This document shows, piece after piece, positions 38,557 to 47,479 of a DNA stretch of 61,049 bases. Origin of the DNA: a virus (lineage: Duplodnaviria; Heunggongvirae; Uroviricota; Caudoviricetes); the IMG/VR virus record IMGVR_UViG_3300043399_000700. One strand, given 5' to 3'. Numbering within the stretch: the first letter of the stretch is position 1; each line of letters begins with the position of its first letter. A model generated the notes under the pieces. The model was not told where the DNA came from, ran no database searches, and saw only the letters and a list, made by a program, of their open reading frames with translations. Both the position numbers and the translations under genes were made by a program.

Positions 38557-39183
38557 ATGGCTCGTTACTTACAAGAGAACCTTACTTTCGACGCTGCTCG
38601 TATCGTTGTAGAAAGCCACGGCGAGGGTAAGGACCTCTATATGAAGGGCATTTGCATCCAAGGTGGTGTCAAGAATGCCAACGAGCGTGTGTATCCGGTT
38701 AGTGAAATTGAATCTGCAGTTCAAACATTAAACGAACAGATTCATGGTGGATACTCAGTTCTAGGGGAAGTAGATCACCCAGATGATTTAAAAATTAATC
38801 TAGACCGCGTTAGCCATATGATCACAGAAATGTGGATGGATGGTCCTAACGGTTTTGGTAAATTAAAGATTCTTCCAACACCAATGGGTCAACTAGTGAA
38901 AACTATGTTGGAAAGTGGTGTAAAATTAGGAGTTTCAAGTCGCGGTAGCGGAAACGTTAACGAGGCTAACGGACACGTCAGTGACTTTGAAATTGTCACT
39001 GTTGATGTAGTTGCCCAACCCAGTGCTCCAAATGCTTATCCTAAAGCAATTTACGAAGGCCTAATGAACATGCGTTACGGCCATCGTGTTATGGAAATGG
39101 CAAAAGATGCTGGACAGGACAACAAGGTACAGAGATATTTGAAGAGCGAAGTAATGAAGCTCATCAAGGATCTCAAGATCTAA
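38557..39183 (+). CDS. gp21: Prohead protease
   Basis: NANERVYP, LGEVDHP, LGVSSRGSG, DVVAQPSAPNAY motifs. Confidence 0.92.
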   Translation: MARYLQENLTFDAARIVVESHGEGKDLYMKGICIQGGVKNANERVYPVSEIESAVQTLNEQIHGGYSVLGEVDHPDDLKINLDRVSHMITEMWMDGPNGFGKLKILPTPMGQLVKTMLESGVKLGVSSRGSGNVNEANGHVSDFEIVTVDVVAQPSAPNAYPKAIYEGLMNMRYGHRVMEMAKDAGQDNKVQRYLKSEVMKLIKDLKI

Positions 39184-39193
39184 GGAGAACGGC

Positions 39194-40288
39194 ATGCTAG
39201 ATGCTATTAAACCATTACTAGATAGCGGCTTGATCACAGAAGACGTAAGTCAAGAGCTAAATGAGGCTTGGGAATCTAAGTTAAATGAAGCTCGTGAACA
39301 AGTTCGTGCAGAACTACGTGAAGAGTTTGCACAACGCTATGAGCATGATAAAACAGTGATGGTGGAAGCCCTAGATCGCATGGTAACAGAAGGTCTTGCT
39401 GGCCAGTTAGAAGCAGTTGCAGCTGAAAAGAAGCAACTTGCCGAAGACCGTGTCAAGTTCCAGGTTAAGATGAAAGAAAATGCCCAGAAGTTTAACGACT
39501 TTATGGTTTCTAAATTAGCTGAAGAAATTGGCGAGCTACGCAAAGATCGCAAGGCACACAACGAATCAATCGACAAGCTCGAAAACTTTGTTGTTAAGGC
39601 TCTTGCTAGTGAAATCCGTGAGTTTGCAGAAGACAAGAAGGACATGGTAGCAACCAAGGTTCGTCTAGTTAAAGAAGCTCGTGGTCAACTAGAGGCTCTA
39701 AAGTCACGCTTCATCAAGGAGAGTGCCGCTAAAATGAGTCAATCTGTTAGCAAGCATCTAAAGGCTGAACTAAGCCAACTACATGAAGACATCAAAGTTG
39801 CTCGTGAGAACAATTTTGGTCGTCGTATCTTTGAAGCATTCGCAACAGAATTCAACGCTACTCACTTAAATGAGAACGCTGTAGTTCGTAGCCTAAAGGC
39901 AGCGATTGCACAAAAAGATCAGCAGTTAGCTGAAGCCATCACACTCGGTAAGAAGGCTAAGACCCTTATCGAAAACAAGGAACGCGAGATTCGTGTCATC
40001 AAAGAGTCAAACCTACGTCAGGCCACTCTAGATGAATTACTAGGCCCTCTAAATGATGAGAAGCGTAGTGTTATGTCGAATCTGCTCGAAAACGTTCAAA
40101 CAGCCCGCTTAAAGAACGCTTTCGAAAAATATCTACCAGCAGTTTTAGCTGAGGGTTCAACAAAAGCCAAAAAGGTAATTGCTGAATCACGCACTGAAGT
40201 TACTGGCGATAAATCTGCAAAAGTTGTTGAGACAGAAGATACTAGCGAAAGCAATGTTATCGACCTAAAACGACTAGCAGGGCTTTAA
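39194..40288 (+). CDS. gp22: Prohead scaffolding protein
   Basis: Coiled-coil, charged protein between protease and capsid genes; strong AAGGAG SD. Confidence 0.8.
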   Translation: MLDAIKPLLDSGLITEDVSQELNEAWESKLNEAREQVRAELREEFAQRYEHDKTVMVEALDRMVTEGLAGQLEAVAAEKKQLAEDRVKFQVKMKENAQKFNDFMVSKLAEEIGELRKDRKAHNESIDKLENFVVKALASEIREFAEDKKDMVATKVRLVKEARGQLEALKSRFIKESAAKMSQSVSKHLKAELSQLHEDIKVARENNFGRRIFEAFATEFNATHLNENAVVRSLKAAIAQKDQQLAEAITLGKKAKTLIENKEREIRVIKESNLRQATLDELLGPLNDEKRSVMSNLLENVQTARLKNAFEKYLPAVLAEGSTKAKKVIAESRTEVTGDKSAKVVETEDTSESNVIDLKRLAGL

Positions 40289-40310
40289 TTTAGTTTACTA
40301 AGGAGACATT

Positions 40311-41516
40311 ATGTCACAAGAATTATTAGAGAGCCGTTGGGGTGAGACCAAGGAAGCCCTCCTAGAAGGTTTACAAGGTGCTCGTCGCAACACAATGAGT
40401 GCTGTTTTAGAAAACACTCGTAAGTACCTAAAAGAATCATCAGCTGGTACAACAGTTGCAGGTAACATCGCAACTCTAAACCGCGTTATTCTTCCAGTTA
40501 TCCGTCGTGTAATGCCAACCGTTATTGCTAACGAACTAGTTGGTGTTCAGCCAATGACTGGTCCAGTTGGTCAGATCCACACATTACGTGTTCGCTACGC
40601 TTCAACAATGACTGACACATCAGCTGCTCAGACATCGGTTCAAGCAGGTGAAGAAGCCCTAAGCCCATTCAAGATTGCTCAGGCTTACTCATCAGGCGCT
40701 CGTGCTGCTGACAACGCTGCAACAACTCAAGATTACTACACTGGTGCTAACACCGCTGCCCTAGAAGGCAACGGCGGTCGTCAGATCAGCGTACAAATCC
40801 TAAAGCAAGCTGTTGAAGCTAAGTCACGTAAGCTACAAGCTCGTTGGACATTTGAAGCTGCTCAAGATGCTCAATCAATGCACGGTATTGACATCGAAGC
40901 AGAAATCATGGCTGCACTAGCACAAGAAATCACAGCTGAAATCGATCAAGAGATCCTTCTAAGCCTACGTACTCTTGCTAGCACAGAGTTCACATACAAC
41001 CAAGCTACAGTATCAGGTACTGCTACATTCGTTGGCGACGAACACGCTGCTCTAGCTGTTCTAGTTAACCGTGTTGCAAACCTAATTGCTCAGCGTACAC
41101 GTCGTGGCGCTGGTAACTGGGCTGTTGTATCACCAGCTTCATTAACAGTTCTACAATCAGCAACGACCTCAGCTTTCGCTCGTACAACAGAAGGCACATT
41201 TGAAGCTCCAACAAACACCAAGTTTGTTGGTACATTAAATGGCGCAATGCGTGTATTCTGTGATAGCTACGCTAACGACAGCATGCCTGTTCTAGTTGGC
41301 TACAAGGGTTCAAGCGAAACAGACGCAGCAGCGTTCTACTGCCCATATATTCCATTAATGAGCAGCGGCGTTGTTCTAGATCCATCAACATTCGAACCAG
41401 TCGTAAGCTTCATGACTCGTTACGGTTATGTTGAACTAACCAACACAGCTAGCAGCTTTGGTAACGCAGCCGATTACGTCGGTGAAATTGCCGTTTCGAA
41501 TCTATCATTTAGCTAA
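40311..41516 (+). CDS. gp23: Major capsid protein (gp23 family)
   Basis: PVIRRVMPTVIANELVGVQPMTGPVGQIHTLR; SRKLQARWTFEAAQD; FYCPYIPL; FMTRYG. Confidence 0.95.
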   Translation: MSQELLESRWGETKEALLEGLQGARRNTMSAVLENTRKYLKESSAGTTVAGNIATLNRVILPVIRRVMPTVIANELVGVQPMTGPVGQIHTLRVRYASTMTDTSAAQTSVQAGEEALSPFKIAQAYSSGARAADNAATTQDYYTGANTAALEGNGGRQISVQILKQAVEAKSRKLQARWTFEAAQDAQSMHGIDIEAEIMAALAQEITAEIDQEILLSLRTLASTEFTYNQATVSGTATFVGDEHAALAVLVNRVANLIAQRTRRGAGNWAVVSPASLTVLQSATTSAFARTTEGTFEAPTNTKFVGTLNGAMRVFCDSYANDSMPVLVGYKGSSETDAAAFYCPYIPLMSSGVVLDPSTFEPVVSFMTRYGYVELTNTASSFGNAADYVGEIAVSNLSFS

Positions 41517-41541
41517 TCGAAACAGTTGTTACTACACTTAC

Positions 41542-41565
41542 AAAAACCCGCTTCGGCGGGTTTTT
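41542..41565 (+). terminator. Rho-independent terminator after capsid gene
   Basis: AAAAACCCGC-TTCG-GCGGGTTTTT. Confidence 0.9.
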
Positions 41566-41609
41566 GTTTGATTTCGTGTGTAGGAGAAGTCGCTGCACTA
41601 AATATTAAT

Positions 41610-42263
41610 ATGAAATCATATACATATCTTATAAAACATATTCCAACTGGTAAAGTATATTATGGCGTTCGCTTTGCAAATAAAGTTGATCCAACAGACG
41701 ATTTGTGGAAGATTTATTTTACTAGCAGTATTGGTGTTAAAAAGTTAATAGAAGAAACCGGCGAAGAAAGTTTTTTGGTTGAAGTTCGACGAACATTTGA
41801 TACTAAGGAAGAAGCAGTATTGTGGGAAACAAAAGTTTTGCGTAGATGTAAAGTTTTACAAGATGATCGTTGGTTAAATGCAAACATTGCGGGATATATT
41901 TTTCCTTCTGAAGAAATTAGAAAAAAGATGAGCGTAGCACAACGTAACAGAGTTACGTCTGAAGAAACAAAGAAAAAACTAAGCGAAGTACAGAAAGGAA
42001 GTAAACGTCCGTGGGCTATTCAAAATCTCCCAAAAGATGTTAGTGGCGACAATAACGGAATGTACGGTAAGCAACATTCAGATATAACAAAACAACGTAT
42101 TAGTAAAGCAAATAAGGGCCGAGATCCGTGGAATAAAGGAAAGACGGGTTTGCAAGTAGCTCATAACAAAGGTAAGAAGATGAGCGAGGAACAAAAAGCA
42201 AAACTGTCGGCTGCTCGTCGAGCATACTGTGAAAGAAGAAAATCGGAAAAAGAACAAGCATGA
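41610..42263 (+). mobile_element. Free-standing GIY-YIG-like (Seg-type) homing endonuclease with NUMOD3 repeats
   Basis: YTYLI...YYG N-terminus; repeated SEETKKKLS / NGMYGKQHS...KQRIS / WNKGK. Start placed at ATG 41610, 5 nt after CTAAATA. Confidence 0.8.
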
Positions 42264-42439
42264 TTGAACTACATTTAGAAAACATTAGCAACGAAGAACT
42301 TCCTAAGAAGATCTACGAAATACACGAACGTATGCAATATGCTCCACCTAATTTGCGTGGGCAGATGTCAACAATCCTACGTGCTTATCAAGCAGAGTTT
42401 GCTAATCGTCAACAACAGGAACAAGAATCTAAATCTTAA
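42260..42439 (+). CDS. Small hypothetical protein, 59 aa (below ORF-track cutoff)
   Basis: ATGA overlap with the endonuclease stop; MIELHLENISNEELPKKIYEIHERMQYAPP...QESKS*. Confidence 0.5.
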   Translation: MIELHLENISNEELPKKIYEIHERMQYAPPNLRGQMSTILRAYQAEFANRQQQEQESKS

Positions 42440-43775
42440 ACAGTTTTAAATGTTGTTTAATGTCACTGACAACCGTTGTCCAGTCTTTAAAACTTGGTTG
42501 TCTGAATAATCTAGCAGTTGGATACCAAGGATTATCGCTACGATTTAACAACCAACGCCAATCTGTTCCGTAAGCATTTAACATAATCCATGTAGGTACG
42601 CCTAGTGCCCCGGATAAATGTGCTACAGCAGTATCTACACTGATAACCAAGTCTAGGTTACTGACTAATGCCGCAGTATCGTGGAAATTTTTAAGTTGAT
42701 CGTTGACAATCAAAACGTTGTGTTGTTTTAGTAAATCTAGTTCTTCAACAGTTGCATCGTGCTGTAAGTTAACGAATTGATATTCGGCCGATAATAATGG
42801 AACAAGCTGATTCAACGACATGCTTTTGTAGCGGTTAATCCATGTTGCTCTGTTTCCTGTCCATGTGAGACCAATTCTCATTTTAGTTTTTGGTCCAAGA
42901 GTTTTCTTCCACCATTGAACAGCTTTTTCGTTAGCATTTAAATATTTTATCGGCGCCGGAATTGTTTCTAAGGTAGTTCTGAATGCACGTGGTAAACTTA
43001 ATAACGCACAGTGATAATCAAAATTTCCTATGTTTTCGAAGTTATCTGTTACTTTGATACTTGCGTCACCTACAAACAAAGGAAACAACTCAGGACGAGT
43101 AACTAAAATAATTTTAGCACCTTTGTTTCTGAGATTGATAATGTAACGGCAAAATTGAATAGTATCCCCAAACCCTTGCTCGGAATATAGTAAAACTGTT
43201 TTACCTTCTAATCCGGCATCGATGTCATTGATAGTGATCTCGGGTCTATTAATCTCGGGTTTGAGCCCTTTTTGTGTGTCGTACTGCCAACGAGATTCGT
43301 ATAGATCCCATCCAGCAAGAAGATTGCCGCTTAATAAGTGTGCAACAGATTCGTTGAATATAGTTGTAATATTAGTTGGATCTAATTTTTGAGAAACTTG
43401 TAAAAACGGAATAGCAAGTTCGGGCTCGCCCATTTCTCGTAATGTATTGCCATAGTTGCAGTAAGCACTGGCACTTCTATGATTCTCAATAAATGCCTGC
43501 CCATAATCTGCAAGCGCAAGTTCGTATTGATCTAACGCACGATAGCAGTTGCCACGACAAATCAGACTCTCGTGAGATCCGTTTTTATAGGCATGATCAA
43601 ACATTTCTAAACCTCGTGCAAAATCGCCGAGTTGATAGCAAGTTAAACCAAGGTTGTGGTATGCACCAATGGTATCAGGATGTTCTTGAATAATTTTTTC
43701 GAACCCTGCTTTGGCTTCAATGAACTTGCCTTGTTCGTATAATCTGTTAACAGTTGCTAATTCGGTATCAATCAT
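42429..43775 (-). CDS. TPR-repeat glycosyltransferase (GT9/heptosyltransferase-like C-terminus)
   Basis: N-terminal TPRs; EQGFGDTIQFCRY, DLVISVDTAVAHLSGALG, DWRW...PWYP.ARLFRQ. Confidence 0.85.
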   Translation of the reverse strand: MIDTELATVNRLYEQGKFIEAKAGFEKIIQEHPDTIGAYHNLGLTCYQLGDFARGLEMFDHAYKNGSHESLICRGNCYRALDQYELALADYGQAFIENHRSASAYCNYGNTLREMGEPELAIPFLQVSQKLDPTNITTIFNESVAHLLSGNLLAGWDLYESRWQYDTQKGLKPEINRPEITINDIDAGLEGKTVLLYSEQGFGDTIQFCRYIINLRNKGAKIILVTRPELFPLFVGDASIKVTDNFENIGNFDYHCALLSLPRAFRTTLETIPAPIKYLNANEKAVQWWKKTLGPKTKMRIGLTWTGNRATWINRYKSMSLNQLVPLLSAEYQFVNLQHDATVEELDLLKQHNVLIVNDQLKNFHDTAALVSNLDLVISVDTAVAHLSGALGVPTWIMLNAYGTDWRWLLNRSDNPWYPTARLFRQPSFKDWTTVVSDIKQHLKLFKI

Positions 43776-43798
43776 ATTTTTTTACTATAAGTAAAGGC

Positions 43799-44866
43799 AT
43801 GGAAAGTTTACACTGGCGTTATAATTTTGATCAAGCTCGTTTTGAACTTATTAACAACGATCCAAATCAACACTACGAACCACTATTAAAACGTGTATCT
43901 ATTCCTACATTAGTTATCGACATTAACTTAGTTACGTTGGAAAATTTCCGAGAGTACATAATCAATGTCCTAAACCAAGCATCAGTTAATTATATTAATT
44001 TTGAACAAGTAATTTTTGAGCACACGCAAGATCCAACTTATGATTATGATAGTAAATGTAATATTTTAAACGACCTGAGTCAGAGTCTGGGAATCAAGTT
44101 TTATTTTGCGCATGTTAGATTTGCAACAACAACTCACTCGCATCTTGAAGAATTAATATACCCTAATCAGATTATATTTCATCGACGCCGTGTTACTCCT
44201 TGTTGGACAGATGTAGTAGAAAAACGCTATAAATTTAGTTGTTTAAATAGAAATCCGTCGATTCATAGATTAATACTTTACACGTTGCTTAAACAACAAA
44301 ATTTGCTGGAACATTTTATATACACATTTTATGACAGGTGTCCATACAACGGATTTAAGTATGGTCCAACTCAATACGTAGATTTGTCTAAGTATGTTAA
44401 CACCGATTTTAAATCTTTATGCTTGTCAAACTTGGCAGATTTTCCTTTGTCTTGGGACAACGAACTTAACGGCGGCGGCAATGATCATACTATAGGTCAT
44501 GCTGCATTTCAAGATACGTGGTGTCATATTGTAACAGAAACCTCAATGACTATACCATATGCCAGCGAAAAAACTTGGAAGCCGATTGCTTCTGGACAAC
44601 TTTTTCTTATTGCAGCAGCACCGGGAATTTTAAAATGGTTAAAATCTCTAGGGTTTTACGTGTTTGATGTGTCTTACGATTCAGAACCAGATTTGTTTAA
44701 GCGTTTACAACTGATTGTAGAAATTGTTAAAAACAACGTTGATAACCCAGGCGAATGGTGGAATCAAAACAAAAAATATATTGAGCATAACTACTATCAA
44801 TTTCACAATGGAAATGTAGAGAAAAAGCTGCTCGAACCCATAATTGCTCAATTGAACCATAAATAA
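43799..44866 (+). CDS. Putative glycosyltransferase-like protein (GT10-like C-terminus)
   Basis: IVTETS...SEKTWKPIASGQLF...LKSLGF..FD.SYD; paralogue of 19463-20548. Start 43799, 5 nt after TATAAGTA. Confidence 0.45.
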   Translation: MESLHWRYNFDQARFELINNDPNQHYEPLLKRVSIPTLVIDINLVTLENFREYIINVLNQASVNYINFEQVIFEHTQDPTYDYDSKCNILNDLSQSLGIKFYFAHVRFATTTHSHLEELIYPNQIIFHRRRVTPCWTDVVEKRYKFSCLNRNPSIHRLILYTLLKQQNLLEHFIYTFYDRCPYNGFKYGPTQYVDLSKYVNTDFKSLCLSNLADFPLSWDNELNGGGNDHTIGHAAFQDTWCHIVTETSMTIPYASEKTWKPIASGQLFLIAAAPGILKWLKSLGFYVFDVSYDSEPDLFKRLQLIVEIVKNNVDNPGEWWNQNKKYIEHNYYQFHNGNVEKKLLEPIIAQLNHK

Positions 44867-44952
44867 AAACATACAACGCAATTCGGCGTTTTATGCGGAA
44901 ACCACCGCGTAGTGGCTAGAACCCACATCGGACTTCTGTAAGGAGAAAACAA
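44858..44952 (+). promoter_or_regulatory. Late promoter CATAAATA followed by an 87-nt structured leader
   Basis: Three hairpins plus CTTCT complementary to the AGGAG SD. Confidence 0.45.
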
Positions 44953-45771
44953 ATGGGACGTCCTCTTAAGATTCAAAAATACGGTACTGCTCAAGGTATC
45001 ACATATAACTCAAACGGTACTGCAAATACACCAGCCGCTGGTGTTCCAGTTGATCAAGCATATCCACAGTTTAGCACACTAACTGACGCACTATACCCAA
45101 CAACAATGACAGGATCAAACTTCTTTGGTGTTGTTGGCGGTCAAAGTTCAGCAGCAACTTCTGCCACATTTCCACGTGTAAAAGTTCGTGTATTCATTAC
45201 AGGTTTTGCTGAAGCCGATGGTTATATCATCCGTCAAAAAGGTTCACACAAGTATCTAGTTGGTGATGTTACATCACGCACAGCACTAGTAAGCGGTCAA
45301 TCATATGTTATTACTGCTGTTGGCAACACAAACTGGAATGCATACGGTGTTGTTGGTACTCCAGTTGCTGGAACAATCTTTACTGCAACTGCTGCCTTAG
45401 CAGACACAGGCACAGGTACTGTTAATGCTATCGGTCAGTGCGTACTAACAAGCGATTTAAGCCCAACTGCTGGTTTAATGAGCATTAGTATTGCTGTTGG
45501 TGGTGACTCAACTGAAGTTGCAGTCAGCAAGCTAACAAACAAATTTGTTCAAGACTGGGCTAACTTCCAAAACGTTAACGGTACTGCTCTTACTAGCTAT
45601 GCTAGTGGCGGTGACAACGCTGGCGAAGTTCTTTACTCAGGCGAAGATAGCTATGTTGCTAACTTCTTTACTGACGAAGCAACTACACTCAAGTCTGGTG
45701 CTGATGCTGCTACATTTAGCAACGGCACAGGCGAGATGGAGCTTGCACAGGTTGAAAAGTACACATCGTAA
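44953..45771 (+). CDS. Probable virion structural protein (unknown function)
   Basis: Strong SD, own late promoter and terminator; Gly/Ala/Thr-rich beta-type composition. Confidence 0.55.
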   Translation: MGRPLKIQKYGTAQGITYNSNGTANTPAAGVPVDQAYPQFSTLTDALYPTTMTGSNFFGVVGGQSSAATSATFPRVKVRVFITGFAEADGYIIRQKGSHKYLVGDVTSRTALVSGQSYVITAVGNTNWNAYGVVGTPVAGTIFTATAALADTGTGTVNAIGQCVLTSDLSPTAGLMSISIAVGGDSTEVAVSKLTNKFVQDWANFQNVNGTALTSYASGGDNAGEVLYSGEDSYVANFFTDEATTLKSGADAATFSNGTGEMELAQVEKYTS

Positions 45772-45790
45772 TTTTTACCTAGGTAACCAA

Positions 45791-45824
45791 AATCCTCACA
45801 GCATATATACTGTGGGGATTTTTT
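45791..45824 (+). terminator. Rho-independent terminator
   Basis: AATCCTCACAG-CATATATA-CTGTGGGGATT followed by a T run. Confidence 0.7.
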
Positions 45825-46412
45825 ATGACTATTAGTTTTGTACTAGGCAACGGCAAAAGCAGACTGTCTATTAATTTAGAAAGTTTGCGTAAGCATGGAA
45901 AAATTTATGGGTGTAATGGGCTCTATAGAGAGTTTACACCCGATGTACTGGTTGCCACTGATCGCCCTATTGCCCGCGCTATAGAAGAATCGGGATACCC
46001 TCTTAAAAATGCGTTTTATACAAGACGTCCAACTGCAGGGTTAGGTGCATTGGCACTAAAAAGGCCATATCAAGGGTACAGCTCCGGGCCTAACGCAATA
46101 TCACTTGCCTGTATTGACGGTGCAAAAAAAGTTTATTTGATTGGATTTGATTTTGGATCCCCTACACAATTTCTAAACAATGTTTATGCAGACACCGAAT
46201 TTTATCGCACGAGCCAGGACAAAGCAACTTACGCTGGCAATTGGATTAAACAATTAACACAGATTTGCCAAGACTATCCTTTGACAAAATTTACTCGAGT
46301 TATAGGTCGAGAAAGTACACACATTCCAGAGTTTGCTACAATACCTAACTTAACTCATCTGCAGATTTGTGAATTCCAAAATTTGCTAAATAGTGTAGAG
46401 GGTAAACCATGA
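45825..46412 (+). CDS. Maf/DUF115/Cst-like putative glycosyltransferase domain protein
   Basis: FVLGNGKSR...GCNGLYREFTPDVLVATD...SSG..A...A...GAKKVYLIGFDF pattern. Confidence 0.5.
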   Translation: MTISFVLGNGKSRLSINLESLRKHGKIYGCNGLYREFTPDVLVATDRPIARAIEESGYPLKNAFYTRRPTAGLGALALKRPYQGYSSGPNAISLACIDGAKKVYLIGFDFGSPTQFLNNVYADTEFYRTSQDKATYAGNWIKQLTQICQDYPLTKFTRVIGRESTHIPEFATIPNLTHLQICEFQNLLNSVEGKP

Positions 46413-47356
46413 GTGCATATATTAAAAGTAATACAGATTATACAATCGATGTAGCAACTGTTTCTGCAACAGGTAATATCGTTGCAGGTAGTACTATTAC
46501 TGGTACCAATGGCGTTTTTAGCGGAAACTTAACAGTTAATGGAAACGTTTCTTACATTAACATCGAAAACTTAAACGTAAAAGATCCAATTATTGGACTA
46601 GGACGAGGACCAAACAATGCACCGCTAACTGTAAATGATGGCAAAGATCGCGGCGAACAATTGTGGTACTATAGCAGCAGCGAAAAATCTTCGTTTATCG
46701 GGTATCAAAACGTGTCTGGTAAACTTATTGCTGCAACTGATGTTTCAGTTACTGGAGAAGTAGTAACAGTTAATTCTTATGGTAGTTTTGTTGTTGGAAA
46801 TCTTGAATCAACAACAGTGGTTACATCTGGTAATATTACCGGTGGAAACTTAGCAATCTCTGGCACAGTAAGCACAACTGGTGGTGTAACGGCCCTGGAA
46901 TTTATCGGCGATGTTAAAGGTGACGTACTATCAAATAGTTCAACCGTTGTTATTGATTCAACAACTGGTGATGCATTTCTTAACAACGTTGGTGCGAGTA
47001 TTGTAAGTGCAACTGGTAACATTACTGGTAATTATATTCTAGGAAATGGTAGTCAGTTAACTGGTATGGTTGATTTGTCATCAGTATCTCAGAGTATTTT
47101 ACCAAGTGCTAATGTTACATACGATTTGGGTAGTCTAACGAATCGATGGAAAGATTTATACCTAAGTAACAGTACAATTTATTTAGGCAATTTAACTGTA
47201 AGTGCTACAGATGGTAATTTAACTGTTAATACCGGATTTAAGTTTGCCGATAGTACAGTTCAAACTTCTGCTGCAATTAGTATTACTGATCTTCAGACAC
47301 TAGTAGCAGCATCAACCGACTTTGCAGACTTCCAAACTAGAATAGCAGCACTATAA
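46409..47356 (+). CDS. Short fibre-like protein
   Basis: One copy of the DPIIGLGRG...DGKDRGEQLWY cassette, SATGNITG repeats, C-terminal DFADFQTRIAAL. Confidence 0.65.
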   Translation: MSAYIKSNTDYTIDVATVSATGNIVAGSTITGTNGVFSGNLTVNGNVSYINIENLNVKDPIIGLGRGPNNAPLTVNDGKDRGEQLWYYSSSEKSSFIGYQNVSGKLIAATDVSVTGEVVTVNSYGSFVVGNLESTTVVTSGNITGGNLAISGTVSTTGGVTALEFIGDVKGDVLSNSSTVVIDSTTGDAFLNNVGASIVSATGNITGNYILGNGSQLTGMVDLSSVSQSILPSANVTYDLGSLTNRWKDLYLSNSTIYLGNLTVSATDGNLTVNTGFKFADSTVQTSAAISITDLQTLVAASTDFADFQTRIAAL

Positions 47357-47384
47357 CAGCCCTCTAAAAAATTAAGGTATATTT

Positions 47385-47416
47385 ATAAGGCTACACCAGT
47401 GTGGCCTTATTTTTTT
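47385..47416 (+). terminator. Rho-independent terminator (next late promoter GATAAATA at 47417-24)
   Basis: ATAAGGCTACA/TGTGGCCTTAT stem followed by T6. Confidence 0.75.
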
Positions 47417-47479
47417 GATAAATATCTTTTGAGCAACGCTACGAGCGAACGCAACAATTTTTTTTTAAGGAATAATAAC

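Noticed and set aside
20452-47479. Extended N-termini in the ORF track (20452, 25308, 27654, 28834, 29226, 30724, 30744, 37678, 41526, 43754, 47399)
   Set aside because: These overlap upstream genes, terminators or promoters; downstream starts fit SD, promoter or stop-start overlaps better.
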